Shown: in pieces, positions 13,631-25,644 of the stretch
How positions within the stretch are numbered: position 1 is the first letter of the stretch
Layout of the letters: the number at the start of each line of letters is the position of its first letter
DNA from: Octopus vulgaris
Lineage: Eukaryota
Direction of reading: 5' to 3'
Length of the DNA stretch: 64,000 nt
Assembly: GCA_951406725.2 (NCBI GenBank)
Contig: OX597828.1
Coordinates: forward strand, 27,838,001 to 27,902,000
The notes under the pieces: model-generated
Seen by the model: only the letters and a program-made list of their open reading frames with translations
Database searches by the model: none
What the model was told of the DNA's origin: nothing
Translations under genes and position numbers: made by a program

Positions 13631-13789
13631 GATTTCGTAAACAGACAGAAGGCCAGAAATTTTGGGTGAGGAATGGGATTAATCAATGAAATTGATTCTA
13701 TTAATTGATTGATATTTTATTTTATCAACTGTACCTAAAAATAACCAGCACCTATTTGTCCCATGACAAGCACCAGTTATTTTAGGCAC

Positions 13790-13958
13790 AGACATCACAG
13801 GTATGGCTGTGTGATGTAGAAGCTTACTTCCAAAACCACTTGGCTTCAGGTTCAATCCCACAGTATGGCACTCTGGGCAAGTGTCTTTTACTATAGTTCC
13901 AGGTCACTCAATGCCTGGTAAGTGAATATGGTTCATGGAAACCGTGTGGAATCCGGGC
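13790..13958 (+). mobile_element. SINE group A 5' half (3' half resumes at about 15100-15330)
   Basis: tggctgtgtgatg..ggttcaatcccac..ctgggcaagtgtctt. The remainder tgtttgtcccc..aacttagcagttcagcaaaa follows the inserted elements. Confidence 0.75.
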
Positions 13959-14014
13959 AATACACAAGTTCTGTTGGCGATTTCTTTTCCTTCCTTGGAC
14001 GTTTCTCTTTCTCT

Positions 14015-14047
14015 TTTCTGACGAAGAGCTATGCCCGAAACATCAAA
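14015..14047 (+). ncRNA. minimal hammerhead ribozyme motif
   Basis: ttt-CTGACGA-A-GAGC-tat-GCCC-GAAA-C-ATC-aaa: canonical CUGANGA and GAAA boxes, with one stem II mismatch. Confidence 0.65.
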
Positions 14048-14259
14048 CTCTCTCTTTTTACTGAGCAACAAACTATTACACTCCATGTATATGTTATCTT
14101 GTTGTTTGTTAATTTTATTATTCATTTATTTGAATTGACAATATTTGACTATATATATATAGTTAATCCAAACATGAAAGCATAAAAAACACAACAACGC
14201 GAGGACGTGGAACAAATATGATATTATTGGATGCTCAGGAAAGAAGGAAAGAAAGAGGG

Positions 14260-14291
14260 TTTAATGTTTCGAGCGGAGCTCTTCATCGGAA
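14260..14291 (-). ncRNA. minimal hammerhead-like motif (CCGAUGA core variant)
   Basis: Minus strand tt-CCGATGA-A-GAGC-tcc-GCTC-GAAA-C-ATT-aaa. Confidence 0.55.
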
Positions 14292-14409
14292 GCATAGGAG
14301 AAGGAAAGATCCAGAGAAGGGAAGACAGAGAGAAAAAAAAAATCGCCAACGGTACACACGCAGTCACATTTTGAATGTATATATATATATATATACATGT
14401 ATATATACG

Positions 14410-14730
14410 TTTAAATATTTGTTGTGCAAGATTTTTTATGTGAAGTCGTGTGTTGAAACAGATATTGTTATATTTCGGAATGGTCATATTGCCAGTTTAG
14501 CCAATAGAAATACAAAATGGCTGACGGTTAGTAAGGAGAGACACAAATAAGTGACAAGAAAACAAAGGACCACTGATGCGGTCACAGGAGTGTGACGAAA
14601 GAACTTTGGCCGAAATAAGATTAAGATTAATGTAAAAAATAAATATCACTGAAGCAAAATAACACCAAATATATAGTGCGTGTGTTTTTATTGGCTAAAC
14701 TGGCAATATGACCATTCCGAAATATAACAT
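14410..14730 (+). mobile_element. hammerhead-bearing Penelope-like unit, family 2, with inverted terminal copy
   Basis: 14468-14513 (gttatatttcggaatggtcatattgccagtttagccaata) is inverted at 14682-14729; flanked by (TA)n. Confidence 0.7.
14567..14611 (+). ncRNA. minimal hammerhead ribozyme motif
   Basis: ggacca-CTGATGC-G-GTCAC-aggagt-GTGAC-GAAA-G-aa-C-TT-tggcc. Confidence 0.6.
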
Positions 14731-14754
14731 GTATATATACATATATGCATAAAC

Positions 14755-14793
<39 letters not shown>

Positions 14794-15060
14794 TACATTT
14801 ATATGTATATATATATATATATATATGTGCATACATTTATATGTATATATATATACATATGTATATATATATATAAATATATGTAAATCTCCATGTGTAT
14901 ATATATATATATATATAAATGTATATATACATGTATGTGTATATATATATGTATATATATACATGTATATATACATGTATATGTATATATGTATATATAC
15001 ATTTATATGTATACATGTATATGTATATATACATATATATGTATATATGTATATATACAT

Positions 15061-15092
<32 letters not shown>

Positions 15093-15100
15093 ATGTATGT
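14730..15100. repeat. compound (TA)n-rich microsatellite
   Basis: Direct reading. Confidence 0.95.
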
Positions 15101-16184
15101 CATTGTGTCATTCATTGTGTTTGTCCCCACTTCTGCCTAATGACCAGTGTTAGTTTGTTGATGTCCCGCATAACTTAGCAGTTCAGCAAAATCCATTTAT
15201 AGAATAAGTCACAGACTTTAAGATAAATCCTAGGTTCACTATTTATTTGACTAGACTCTTCAAAGGGATGCCCCCATCATGGCTGCAGGCCAATGACTGG
15301 GAACAATTAAAAGATAGAAGATAAAAGTTAAACAGAAATGCATTAATTAGAAAATTATGATAACGATAATTATAGCAAGCAAAATATTTATTTTGCTAGA
15401 ATTTTAATTAATCTTCTCATATATTGGCCAGAAACACAAAGAGAGAGAAAAAAAAACTTTTTTCATAATCACCCTTTATTTTAAAAAGTGACTGTCCATA
15501 AAAAAAAAATTAAATAAATAAATATTCTTAAAATTAAAAAAAAAATAATAATAAAATGCAGCTTTGGGAAGAACAATAAAATGATATTTCAATTATTCTG
15601 AATTTATATCTTATGCTGTATATTTGTTTATTATTTTTAAGTTGAAAAGCAAAAACAGAGGACTTCTTAGAATGGCATTTTCTTTCTTACAAGAAAAGTT
15701 TATGTGCTGCTTCAGTATGTTTTCAAGATGAAGAGACCTCTTGTTATTTTGACATTTAAGACAATTATTGGTCAAGAGCAATGACCAGAATGATCACACA
15801 ACTTAGCTATTTTCCTTCAACTTGAACTGACATCCAATATGTAACAAGAGTTAAGATAATTCTTGATGTGACAAAGCATAATGAATGAGTAAAGAAAAAT
15901 ACATTAATAACCCATACCCAGCACAATCCTTCCTTGCCTCCCCCCCCCCCCATCACAGACATTAGCCAAATCTGTTAATTTGTTGAATGCCATACTGACT
16001 TTAGTTAAATCAAAGAATGTAATTTATTTTTTTATTATTTCAAATAACTTCATGAGTCTTAATTTTATTGTTTGTGAAGGAAATTTTTAAAATAATACAA
16101 ATGGTACTCTTAGCTGAAAGAATAACAGAATAATGGTAAATTTAACAAATTTTTGCATTCTACTATTATCTTTACCATAGTTTT

Positions 16185-16584
16185 CTGGTTGGGTTGTTAA
16201 GAAGCTCACTTTGCAACTTTGTGGTTTTGGGTCTCAGTCTCACTACATGGCTCTTTAGGCAAGTGTCTTCTACCGTAGGGTCAACCAAATCCTTGTGAGT
16301 GGATTTGGTAGATGGGAATTGTATAGCATTCCAGGGTGTATATATGTATGTGTACATGTGTGTGTTAGTGTTTGTCCCGTATTACCACTTGACTGGTGTT
16401 GATTTATTTAAGTCCCCGTGACTTAGCATTTCAGCAAAAGAGACCAATAGAATAACTGCCAGACTTAAAAATAAGTGCTGGGTCCAACTGCGTGGCACCT
16501 TGGGCAAGTGTCTTCTACTATAGCCTCGGGCCGACCAAAGCCTTGTGAGTGGATTTGGTAGGCAGAAACTGAAAGAAGCCCGTC

Positions 16585-16619
<35 letters not shown>

Positions 16620-16795
16620 TGTGTGTGCCTGTGTGTTTGTCCCCGTTACTTAGCGGTTTGGCAAAAGAGACCGATAGAATAAGTACTGGGCTTACAAAAG
16701 AATAAGTCCTGGGGTCGAGTTGCTCGATTAAAGACGGTGCTCCAGCATGGCCGCAGTCAAATGACTGAAACAAGTAAAAGAGTAAAAGAGAGAGA
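16185..16795 (+). mobile_element. old group A SINE followed by a younger 5'-truncated group A copy (from about 16487)
   Basis: ccttgtgagtggatttggtag occurs twice; the second copy is CpG-intact with a gtaaaagagtaaaaga tail. Confidence 0.85.
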
Positions 16796-16929
16796 GATAC
16801 TTTGTATTATAAAAACCATTCCAGCAATGACTGTCTTGCTTTTTACTATGTATCAGGTATCTAATCCAATAGCCAAGTTAGTTGTAGATTATACCATTTT
16901 TAAAACAGAACATTTCATGCTAGGCCAGC

Positions 16930-17175
16930 AATACATCTCCTCTCTACCATATCCCCTCAGTCAAGGAGTTTTGTTTTGTGAGCTGCTTAGGTAACCTTAC
17001 TTGTATTAGTGACATGAAAAAGCACTCAGCACGCTCTGTAGACTGGTTGGCACCAGGAAGGGTATCCAGCCATAGAAAGACTGCCAAAGCAAACAGTGGA
17101 GCACAATGCAGTCTTCAAACCCGTTGGATCCTATCAAACCATCCCACCCATGCCAAACACTAAATGATGATGATG
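16930..17175 (+). mobile_element. group C element, diverged
   Basis: aaaaagcac..aggaagggtatccagccatagaaa..ccatgcc..atgatgatg. Confidence 0.7.
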
Positions 17176-17439
17176 AAGGTGTGAGTTAAGGGATATTTGG
17201 CTGTTATTTCTAGCAGATTAAGTCATCCTGTAGAGTAAGCAGGGCAACCTTTTTCAACAAGTGGGTTGTGTGGGACATGACACTTTATCAAGAAGGCCAC
17301 CACACTACTAAAAACATGTAAAGTTATTTTCTCTTTTAGGTGTGTGCCATTCAGGTTCCCCTCTTCTAAGCTGAATGTTTATGAGGGTTTAGCATTCAGT
17401 TGATAGATACATTACTACTACTACTACTACTACTACCAA

Positions 17440-17650
17440 AGTGAGTTAGCTGGCAAAAGTGTTAGCACACTGCACAAACAGCTTGGCATTTTGTCCGTCT
17501 ATGGGTTCTGAGTTCAAATTCTGCCAGTGTTGACTTTGCCTTTCATCCTTTCAGGGTTGGTAGAATTAGTATCAGCTGAGTACTGAGGTCGAAATAATCA
17601 ACTATCCTCCTCCCCCAAAATTTCAGGCCTTGTACCTATAATAGAAAGGA
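17440..17650 (+). mobile_element. SINE group B
   Basis: agctggca..gttagcac..ttctgagttcaaattctgcc..ttgcctttcatcctttcaggg..caggccttgtacc. Confidence 0.85.
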
Positions 17651-18020
17651 TTATTACTACTTCCACCTTAGTGAAGGCAGAGGTATTGTTTTCAGTTGTG
17701 TTTGTTTGTTTGTTCATTGACAAGATATCTCAAGAACAGCTGGATGGATTTGAATGAAACTTTCAGGAATATCTGGCCTCGTGACTGGCATGAACTGGTT
17801 AGATTTTGGGATCAATTCAATACCGGACAAGGATTCTGGAGTATTTCTCCTGTTTTTTTTTACTTAATTTTTGGGAACAGTCAGGTTCGTTTTTAGTATT
17901 CTTGTTAGTGAGAGCAGTCGAGTCTATTTCAGATATTCTCATTTTAAAAATCGTCTCTGGCTAATCGTTAAGAAGATGTCAGTGTTGCCTTGGCAGAAGT
18001 TTGCACTCTTTCTGAGTGCT
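17651..18020 (+). mobile_element. non-autonomous Helentron-type element (HINE/DINE-like)
   Basis: 5' cttccacctt..aaggcagagg hairpin, (GTTT)n tract, gctggatggatttgaatgaaacttt core, 3' subterminal ccttggcagaag and stem-loop gcactc-tttct-gagtgc. Confidence 0.75.
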
Positions 18021-18153
18021 ATTATTATTAAAACACTACTACTAGTGGGCAAAATACCATGCCTTTTGAGTTCAAATAGCACCAAAGTCAATTTTACCTT
18101 TCCCAGTTTCAAAGTCAATAAAATATCTCGATTAAGTACCAATGTTCCGTTAA

Positions 18154-18358
18154 GCCTTTTGCATGTAAACCAACCATGTCTGGGGCACAAATATTCTACC
18201 TTTTCCATGTTCAAACCAGCCAGATCCTCGCAATGTTATTCTAAAAATAACCAATCACATCATTGAAATCTCAAAGCTATAAGATGATCCATGATTGATT
18301 AAAAGCAAAGTGAATAAATAAGCATTATATTTGACAGAGTATTCTGAATGCTAAAGAG
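18154..18358 (-). mobile_element. TTAA-target (piggyBac-type) MITE nested in a group B SINE
   Basis: TTAA at 18150-18153 and 18359-18362; short TIRs gccttttgcat / atgctaaagag; homologous to 21611-21800. Confidence 0.75.
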
Positions 18359-20039
18359 TTAATCCAACATACCTCCATCCTCCTAGAATTCCTGGCTTTG
18401 TGTCAATCTAAGACAACATTAAAGGCAGTGGACTGGCAGAATCATTAGAGTGCCAGACAAAATGACAAGTGGTATGTAGTTATGGTCAATCACATTCTGA
18501 GTTCAAATCCTACAAAGATTAGCTCTGCTTTTTCTCTTTCTCTGACCTTTTTACTTTTTCAGTCATTGAACTGTGGCCCTGCTACAGCACTGCCGTCAAG
18601 GATTCACTTGAATAAATATTTTGCTTGCTAGAATTATTAATTAACCCTGTCATACTTTTCTAATTAATGTATTTCTATTTATATTGTATCATTTAGTACT
18701 GGGCCCCTAGACTTGTGGAGACCCAAAGCAACTGCCTGGAATGCCCATGCCTTAAGACAGTTCTGTGCTTTTTTCCAATTTCTCTTGAAAAACGTATCTG
18801 ATCCTGAGAGAAACTTACTTTGAAACGCATGAGTATTGGTAACAGGAAAGGCATCCAGCCATATAAATCTGTTTCAAGGAATTCCATTCAGTCCATGCAC
18901 GCTTGGAAAAGTGGACATTAGAATGTTGATGATGATAATGATAACGAAGATGTAGTAATTTTTGGTAAAAAAAAATAAAACAAAATTTTGAATTAAAATT
19001 TTTTCTTCATTAAAAAATATCTATTAAAGTTTGTCTTCCAAAAAAGATGTATATATAATTTATTTCAAAATATTATTTACAACGAACAACATACAATAAT
19101 TTTGCAAGTCTCGCTGGAATTTGGAATTCTCAGAAGAGACAGCAGATGTACTCTTGACATACTGCTTTGACTTAAATTTCATCGCAGTTTTTGGTATTTT
19201 TATATTTATTTATTTTCTTATTTGTTTTGAAATTAGGTTGATCGAATGTGATACCAAAAATAGATACAACAGAATCAAAGAAGTAAAAACAAAACAAAAA
19301 AAAAATGTTCTACTATTGAATCTCTGATTTAAGTTTAGCATTCCTCTGTAAATCTATTAGGAAGCAAGAGAACCTCTTTTATCTTATGTGTAAGATTCAT
19401 TTAGAAAAAAATAACCAAAAAAAAAAAGAAAAAAGACGGAACAAAAAATAATGAAACCTGAAAGAAAAAAAAAACAAACAAACACAAGAAAGTCAAAAAT
19501 TTGATGGAGTTCGCTATTACAAGCTATGTAAACTCTGCAGTAAAGTGAGGTGTGAAAGATTGTGCATTTTTAGCAAAGAGAGAGAGAATAGATGTGTGGT
19601 GGGAAGGGGGTTGTTTTGGTGTTATTGTGTGTGTGTGAGAGAGACAGCGAGAGAGAGAGAAAGAGACACCATGTGTAACTTACTTCCATTAAGAAAGTGT
19701 ATGATAAAGAAGAAAAGTGAAAAAGAAGCAAACAACAAACATCTGTGTTATCATGAGGTGCAGTATTAAAATAGATATGTTCATATTACTGCTTATTCAG
19801 ACGTATAGTGTTGTTGTCTTGTGTGATATGTTATTATTATTTGTGTGTCAGCTTTGAAACTTCATTCTGTTTGTCTTCTACACTAAGAGTTCACTCAACA
19901 TACCTTGTCATTTTTAATATAGTGTTTTTTTGTTGTTTCTTTGCTTTCCTTTTTTCTGTTTTTCAAATATTTTATTTAAGAAATGGTTTATTTTTACATT
20001 TTTTTTTTATATTCACCCCCACAGATTTACTCACAAACA

Positions 20040-20401
20040 CACACATATAAAAATACCTATGATATATGTGTGTGTGTGTATATCCAAGATTTGTATACAA
20101 ATATACATATATACATACATATAAATACATATATATATATATATACATACATATATATATATATACATATATATATATACATACATATATATATACATAT
20201 ATATATACACACATATATATATATACATACATATATATACAAATATATATACACACATATATGTATATACATATATATATATATATACATAGATACATAC
20301 ATATATATATGCATGCATACATACATATATGTATATGCATACATATATATACATATATATATGTATATATATACATATATGCATACATATATATACATAC
20401 A

Positions 20402-20451
<50 letters not shown>

Positions 20452-20620
20452 CACACACATATATATATACACACACATATATATATACACACATACATAT
20501 ACACACACATATATATATACATACATATATATATATGCATACATATATATACATATATATATATACACATATATATATATATGTATGTATATATTTAAAC
20601 ATATATACATGCATGTGTAC
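20040..20620. repeat. about 580-bp compound (TA/CA) microsatellite
   Basis: Direct reading. Confidence 0.97.
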
Positions 20621-21610
20621 ATATTTATAACTCCCACCCTATTTCTTTCTAACTGGGGGTGGGTGTCTTAATACTTTTTCATTCTTTCTCTTTTCCTTGT
20701 GGTAAATTCAGTCCCACTAAGCATGGCTTCCTTCCAGTATTAGTATTTCATTCAGGTTTGATATTGCTATTTTCTGGAGGAGGGGGGGGGCTTTATCTTT
20801 TCTTTTGTTTATAATTTTTTTTCCCCCCTTTATTTTAAGAATTGATTTCTCTAGAGAGTGATTCCTTGTCTGTCTCTACATAATGTAACTGGAATTTTCT
20901 TTCTTTTATGAAATTATAATATAGTTTGTCAATGACAGAACTCAAGAGATTTGTACTGTGTCAACTACAGATGCTTTGGTATAAGTTTTACAAAGGTATT
21001 ATCTCCTGCTCTTGTTTTTTTCTTTCTTCATCTTCTTTATTCTTTACCATTTTGAGCTAGAATTTTTATACAAGAGGGAGTAAGCACAATGAAGTACTTG
21101 TGGGAGAAAACTAAGACTCTTGTAATTTGAAGATATATTTATCCTATTATCATTTTAATTTTATCAATTTTAATGTTGTTGGTTTCCTTTCATTTATTTA
21201 CCAATTTATAATTGTTACTTGGAACAAAAAAATATCTTTGCCGGATTCTATCATATGTGATAATATAATTGAGCTGTTAATTCTAATTTTATGAAAGATG
21301 ACACATGAGAGAGAAAAAAATCCTTTGGTCTCAACATAAGAATAACAGACCATTACCATTGCATACTAACTGAAAATAGTTACTAACTGAAAAATCTTTA
21401 CAGACCATTTACGATCTTTCTAGGAATTTCATGTTCTTGGCAGATGAATATAATGCAATGTAGTGAAAGTTACCCATGTTGTGCATTTGCTTAGAATGGT
21501 TACGTATCATCAGCGTTTAATGTCCACTTTCTATATCTTGTCCGCAATTGTAAAAATAATAATGGTCACATGATAGGGTTCTAGAGAGTAAATGTTCAGT
21601 TGCTAAACAA

Positions 21611-21870
21611 TTAACCCTTTGGCATTGATGATTATTTTGTTACTTGTAATCCTTATTTATTCATTTTCTTTTTAATTAAACATGCATTATTTTGTAGCTT
21701 CAAGATTTCAATGGTGTGTTTGTGTATGTTTAGGATTGTCGTGTGAGGTTGTATCTGGTCAGTTTTAACATAAAACAAGTAGCATATATGAGCTGGATTA
21801 AGCCTTTAGTGTTCAGATTAATTTGTCAAATGTAATGCTTATATCTGTTTACATTAATTTTGATTTATTC
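21611..21870 (+). mobile_element. TTAA MITE plus start of a second copy (from 21798)
   Basis: ttaaccctttggcatt.. and ttaagcctttagtgttcagatta..tgtcaaatgtaatgctta. Confidence 0.7.
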
Positions 21871-22899
21871 AGGTTCAAGTGGGGTGTCCACAATATTTAC
21901 TTGTAACTTTGTTCATTTTCTACATACAGCTTTGAAACTTTGTAAATGGGCGCTTATATGCCAGTGGTTTATAATTACGTAATTCTAGTTGATCTTTCTG
22001 TCTAAATTTGACTTCTGTGGGCAGGTAAATTTAATTAACAGGTGTAAAAACAATAACATTATGAATAAAAACTAAAATTCATATTCTTAATACATCTTAC
22101 CTATTTGGTTTGCTGCTAAAATTATCCCAGATGTCAACCACCAACAATTTTACATTTTTCAAGATGAGGTACATTAATGGGTTATTCATTACCTTCAAAA
22201 TTTAGTTTTGTTTGTTTGGTTTAGTCTGTTTTTCTTCTCATCAGAATTGCTGAAAATACAATAGAAATTAAGTTAATTAAGGCTACAGACAAAAATCTGT
22301 TTTAAGATATTACTTTATTTCTGTCAAGTTGATCTTCTTATTCTGCTAGCGATATAAACTACAACCGAATTGCCTGATATGGTGTTGGTGTTGTAAACTT
22401 GTGTAGAGCTATGAGCTAACTAATTCCGTCAAATAGCATCAGCTTTATGTAAAGATTAATCGTTCATCTTAACAGTAGTTCCATGCTGGGCTCTCTTCAG
22501 GATCTTGGGACACGCATCCTTTGTGCCTCCACACTACACCTCTCAGGCTTGTCACTGGTTCTTCTGAGATTGGCTGAAGAGTGCAGAGTATTTTTCAAAA
22601 TGACCCCCCTCTCCCCAACTCTACCAAAGATCCAAATGCATCCCTTGTTAACTCCGGCATTGGATTATCCAGTATGGTTGTTGTCTTGAGCCCCTTTCAT
22701 ATTGCAGTTTTTGGTGGTCTTATTCATGCCAGGAACCAAACTGGTTTTTATGTTTGATCAGCAAAAAGCTAATAACAATTGCTTTTCAATGGAATCAATG
22801 CAGAAGGTGCCTGAGAACTCTCCTCCCGTAACCCTCCCAGGAATATTAAGCAAAGAAGATTGAGGGATGGAGTCTTTCTCGAAAACTTCAGAGTCTGAA

Positions 22900-23555
22900 A
22901 CAGGCATGGCTGTGTGGTAAGAAGTTTGCTTCCCAGCCACTTGGTTCTATGTTCAGTCCCACTGCCTGGCATCTCAAGCATCTTCTATTATAACCTTAGG
23001 CCAACAAGAGCCTTATGAGTGGATTTTGTTGATAGAAACTGAAAGAAGCCCATCGTGTGTGTGTATGTGTGTGTTTCTGTTTAGCCCTTTCACCACCACT
23101 TGGCAACTGGTATTGGTGTGTTCATGTCCCTGTAACTTAGCAGTTCAGCAAAAGAAACTGATAGAATAAATATGATAAATAAATGTGCCCTTTTAAAGCA
23201 TAGCCAGGCTCATGGGCCCGGTTTTCCGGTTTCTATGGCTTATGTGTTCCCCAGCTGGGCGGGACGCCAGTCCATCGCAGTGTTACTCATTTTTGCCAGC
23301 TGAGTGGACTGGAGCAACGTGAAATGAAGTGTTTTGCTCAAGAACACAACGCGTCGCCCTGTCCAGGTATCAAAACCACAATCTTACGATCATGGTGCTG
23401 ACACCCTAACCACTAAGCCATGTGCCTCCACATGATAGAATAAATACCAGGCTTTAAAGAAATAAGTATTGGAGGTTAATTTATTTGACTAAAATTCTTC
23501 TAGGCTATGCTCCAGCATGGTCGCAGTCTAATGACTGAATCAAGTAAAAGATAAG
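22900..23555 (+). mobile_element. SINE group A interrupted by a group D SINE
   Basis: Head ggcatggctgtgtggtaag; tail resumes at 23433 and runs to caagtaaaagata. Confidence 0.85.
23173..23432 (-). mobile_element. SINE group D nested insertion with 14-bp TSD
   Basis: TSD tgatagaataaata at 23159-23172 and 23433-23446; minus-strand head tggaggcacatggcttagtggttaggg. Confidence 0.9.
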
Positions 23556-24184
23556 TTATTTGTGAATCTGCAAGAAATTTTCATGAGCAGAAGCATTTAT
23601 AAAGAAGCAGACAATTATTATCCAATGATGTTTAATTCTGAATTGTGTCAACATGAAGCTTTACTAAAATAATGTGACAGATGGTTTTTTTTTGCAAAAA
23701 TAATAGGAAATATGGAAAATAAATACAAATAGCCTAATGTTATCTTACATGTTATAATTTCAGAATGTTCAAATTGTTTTTATTGTGTATATGGTGATGC
23801 CTTAGAAGTTATATTTTGTAAACACCTTGCGTATATGAAGTGGCTTATATTTTAAAGAGTCGTGTAACAACAAAGTCAATAACTTAAGATTGGTCTGTTT
23901 TTTTTTGTTTTTTTTATATCTTATTTTAATTATTTAGAACAATAAAGTATGATATCTGATTATAAATCTGATGGACTATTCATTTTGTTAAGTCTTCACT
24001 TCTAAAATTCACCATGCAAATGGTTATATCAAAAAATCTACATATTTGTCTAATTAACAAATCAGCCAAAGCTATGCTGTGGTTGGTGTTGAGGAGAGCG
24101 TTATTGTCATCATCATCATCATCATCATATATCCATGACTCCGTGCTTTCATAGGTCAGAGTTTGTTGAGGCAATTTGCTTTTG

Positions 24185-24660
24185 CTTTTTCTGATAAATT
24201 GACCTTTCCTCTCCATATGTCTTATATCTGATGTATTTGTGGACAACATTTCTCACTCTTCCTTCTGATACTTGGAGATCTTTTGCAATTGACCTCATGG
24301 ACTTTCTGGGATTGTGATCAATAGTCTGTTGGACTTCCTGGATAAATTCAGATATTCTGATGATTTCAGAGCATTTAGAATGCCTTTTATGCTTTCATAC
24401 TGGTGATACATTCCATCTTCCGTCTCTAGCTCCTTACAGACTTTGTAGACAAAAGATCTGGCAACTTTTTAAAATTGAGACGTTTCTAAATCGCTATGCT
24501 CAGCCTTTATAACCACAATAACAGCATGCTTCTTTCTTTCTTGAGTAAGCTGAGGGTCTGCCATTATTATTTTCTGAAACAAAGATTATACGGAGTTAGC
24601 AAAAAATGCAGCAATGATCCAAAAAAAAGTATGTCCTCAAATACCTTATGCACCCCTCTA
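24185..24660 (-). mobile_element. Tc1/mariner (maT/DD37D-like) 5' fragment: TIR plus HTH region
   Basis: Minus-strand translation from the ATG at 24564, across frameshifts: MADPQLTQERKKHAVIV..KVARSFVYKV..EFIQEVQQTIDHNPRKSMRSIAKDLQVSEGRVRNVVH. Ends ..tgcacccctc|TA. Confidence 0.75.
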
Positions 24661-24676
24661 AATATATATATATGTA

Positions 24677-24748
<72 letters not shown>

Positions 24749-24817
24749 GAACTTCTTTCAGTTTCTGTCTACCAAATCCTCTCACAAGGCTTTGGTCAGC
24801 CTTGGGCTATAGTAGAA

Positions 24818-24870
<53 letters not shown>

Positions 24871-24871
24871 A

Positions 24872-25066
24872 GTCCTTTCTACTAAAGGCACAAGGCCTGA
24901 AATTTTGTGGAAGGGGACTAGTTGATTACATCAACCCCAGTGTTTCACTGGTACTTCATTTATCCACCCTGAAAGGATGAAAGGCAAAGCTGACCGCAGT
25001 GGAATTTGAACTCAGAATGTGGCAACAGATGAAATATCGCTAAGCATTTCACCCAGCATGCTAACA
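24872..25066 (-). mobile_element. SINE group B
   Basis: aaggcacaaggcctgaaatttt..ggaatttgaactcagaa..ctaagcatttc. Confidence 0.85.
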
Positions 25067-25305
25067 GCTCCATGCATTGCTACACATGTTTTCACACATC
25101 ACATGTTTCTTACGACCATAGTCTAGATTCCTGGGATTATTATTACCATATTTATCCTTCATTATATCAGCACAGCTTGATACAACCTCAAAACACTGCC
25201 AGTTGATTTCATTGGGCTGCAACCGGAATAATAAAATGGGAGCTTTTATATACGTACTCAAAAATGTTTCCCATAAACGAACTTAAAGGACATAGACATA
25301 TATAT

Positions 25306-25537
25306 TTCTTTACTTCCCACAAGGGGCTAAACATAGAGGGGGACAAACAAGAACAGATAAAGGGATTAAGTCGATTACATCGACTCCAGTGCGTAACTGG
25401 TACTTAATTTATCGACCCCGAAAGGATGAAAGGCAAAGTCGACCTCGGCGGAATTTGAACTCAGAACGTAGCGGCAGACGAAATACTGCTAAGCATTTCG
25501 CCCGGCGTGCTAACGTTTCTGCCAGCTCACCGCCTTA
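25306..25537 (-). mobile_element. SINE group B, young copy with the alternative tail (cccacaaggggctaaac)
   Basis: CpG-rich, complete head ..gccagctcaccgcctt. Confidence 0.9.
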
Positions 25538-25644
25538 TGTATATGTACAGCTATGTGAATGTGTGTGTATACATATATGTGTGCGTGTGTATATATATGT
25601 ATGTGGTGTGTGTGTACATTTATATATATATTGGTGTATAGATA

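Larger units (their letters stand above)
13960..14375. mobile_element. inverted pair of hammerhead-bearing Penelope-like non-autonomous units, family 1
   Basis: 13974-14110 aligns with the reverse complement of 14186-14350 (gttggcgattt..gaagagct..gc.cgaaacat.aaac.ctc..ctgagca..ttgttg). Confidence 0.7.

Noticed and set aside
19972-20671. Long ORFs of up to 221 aa ([12 protein letters not shown] type), here and throughout the window
   Set aside because: Translations of dinucleotide microsatellites that lack stop codons.
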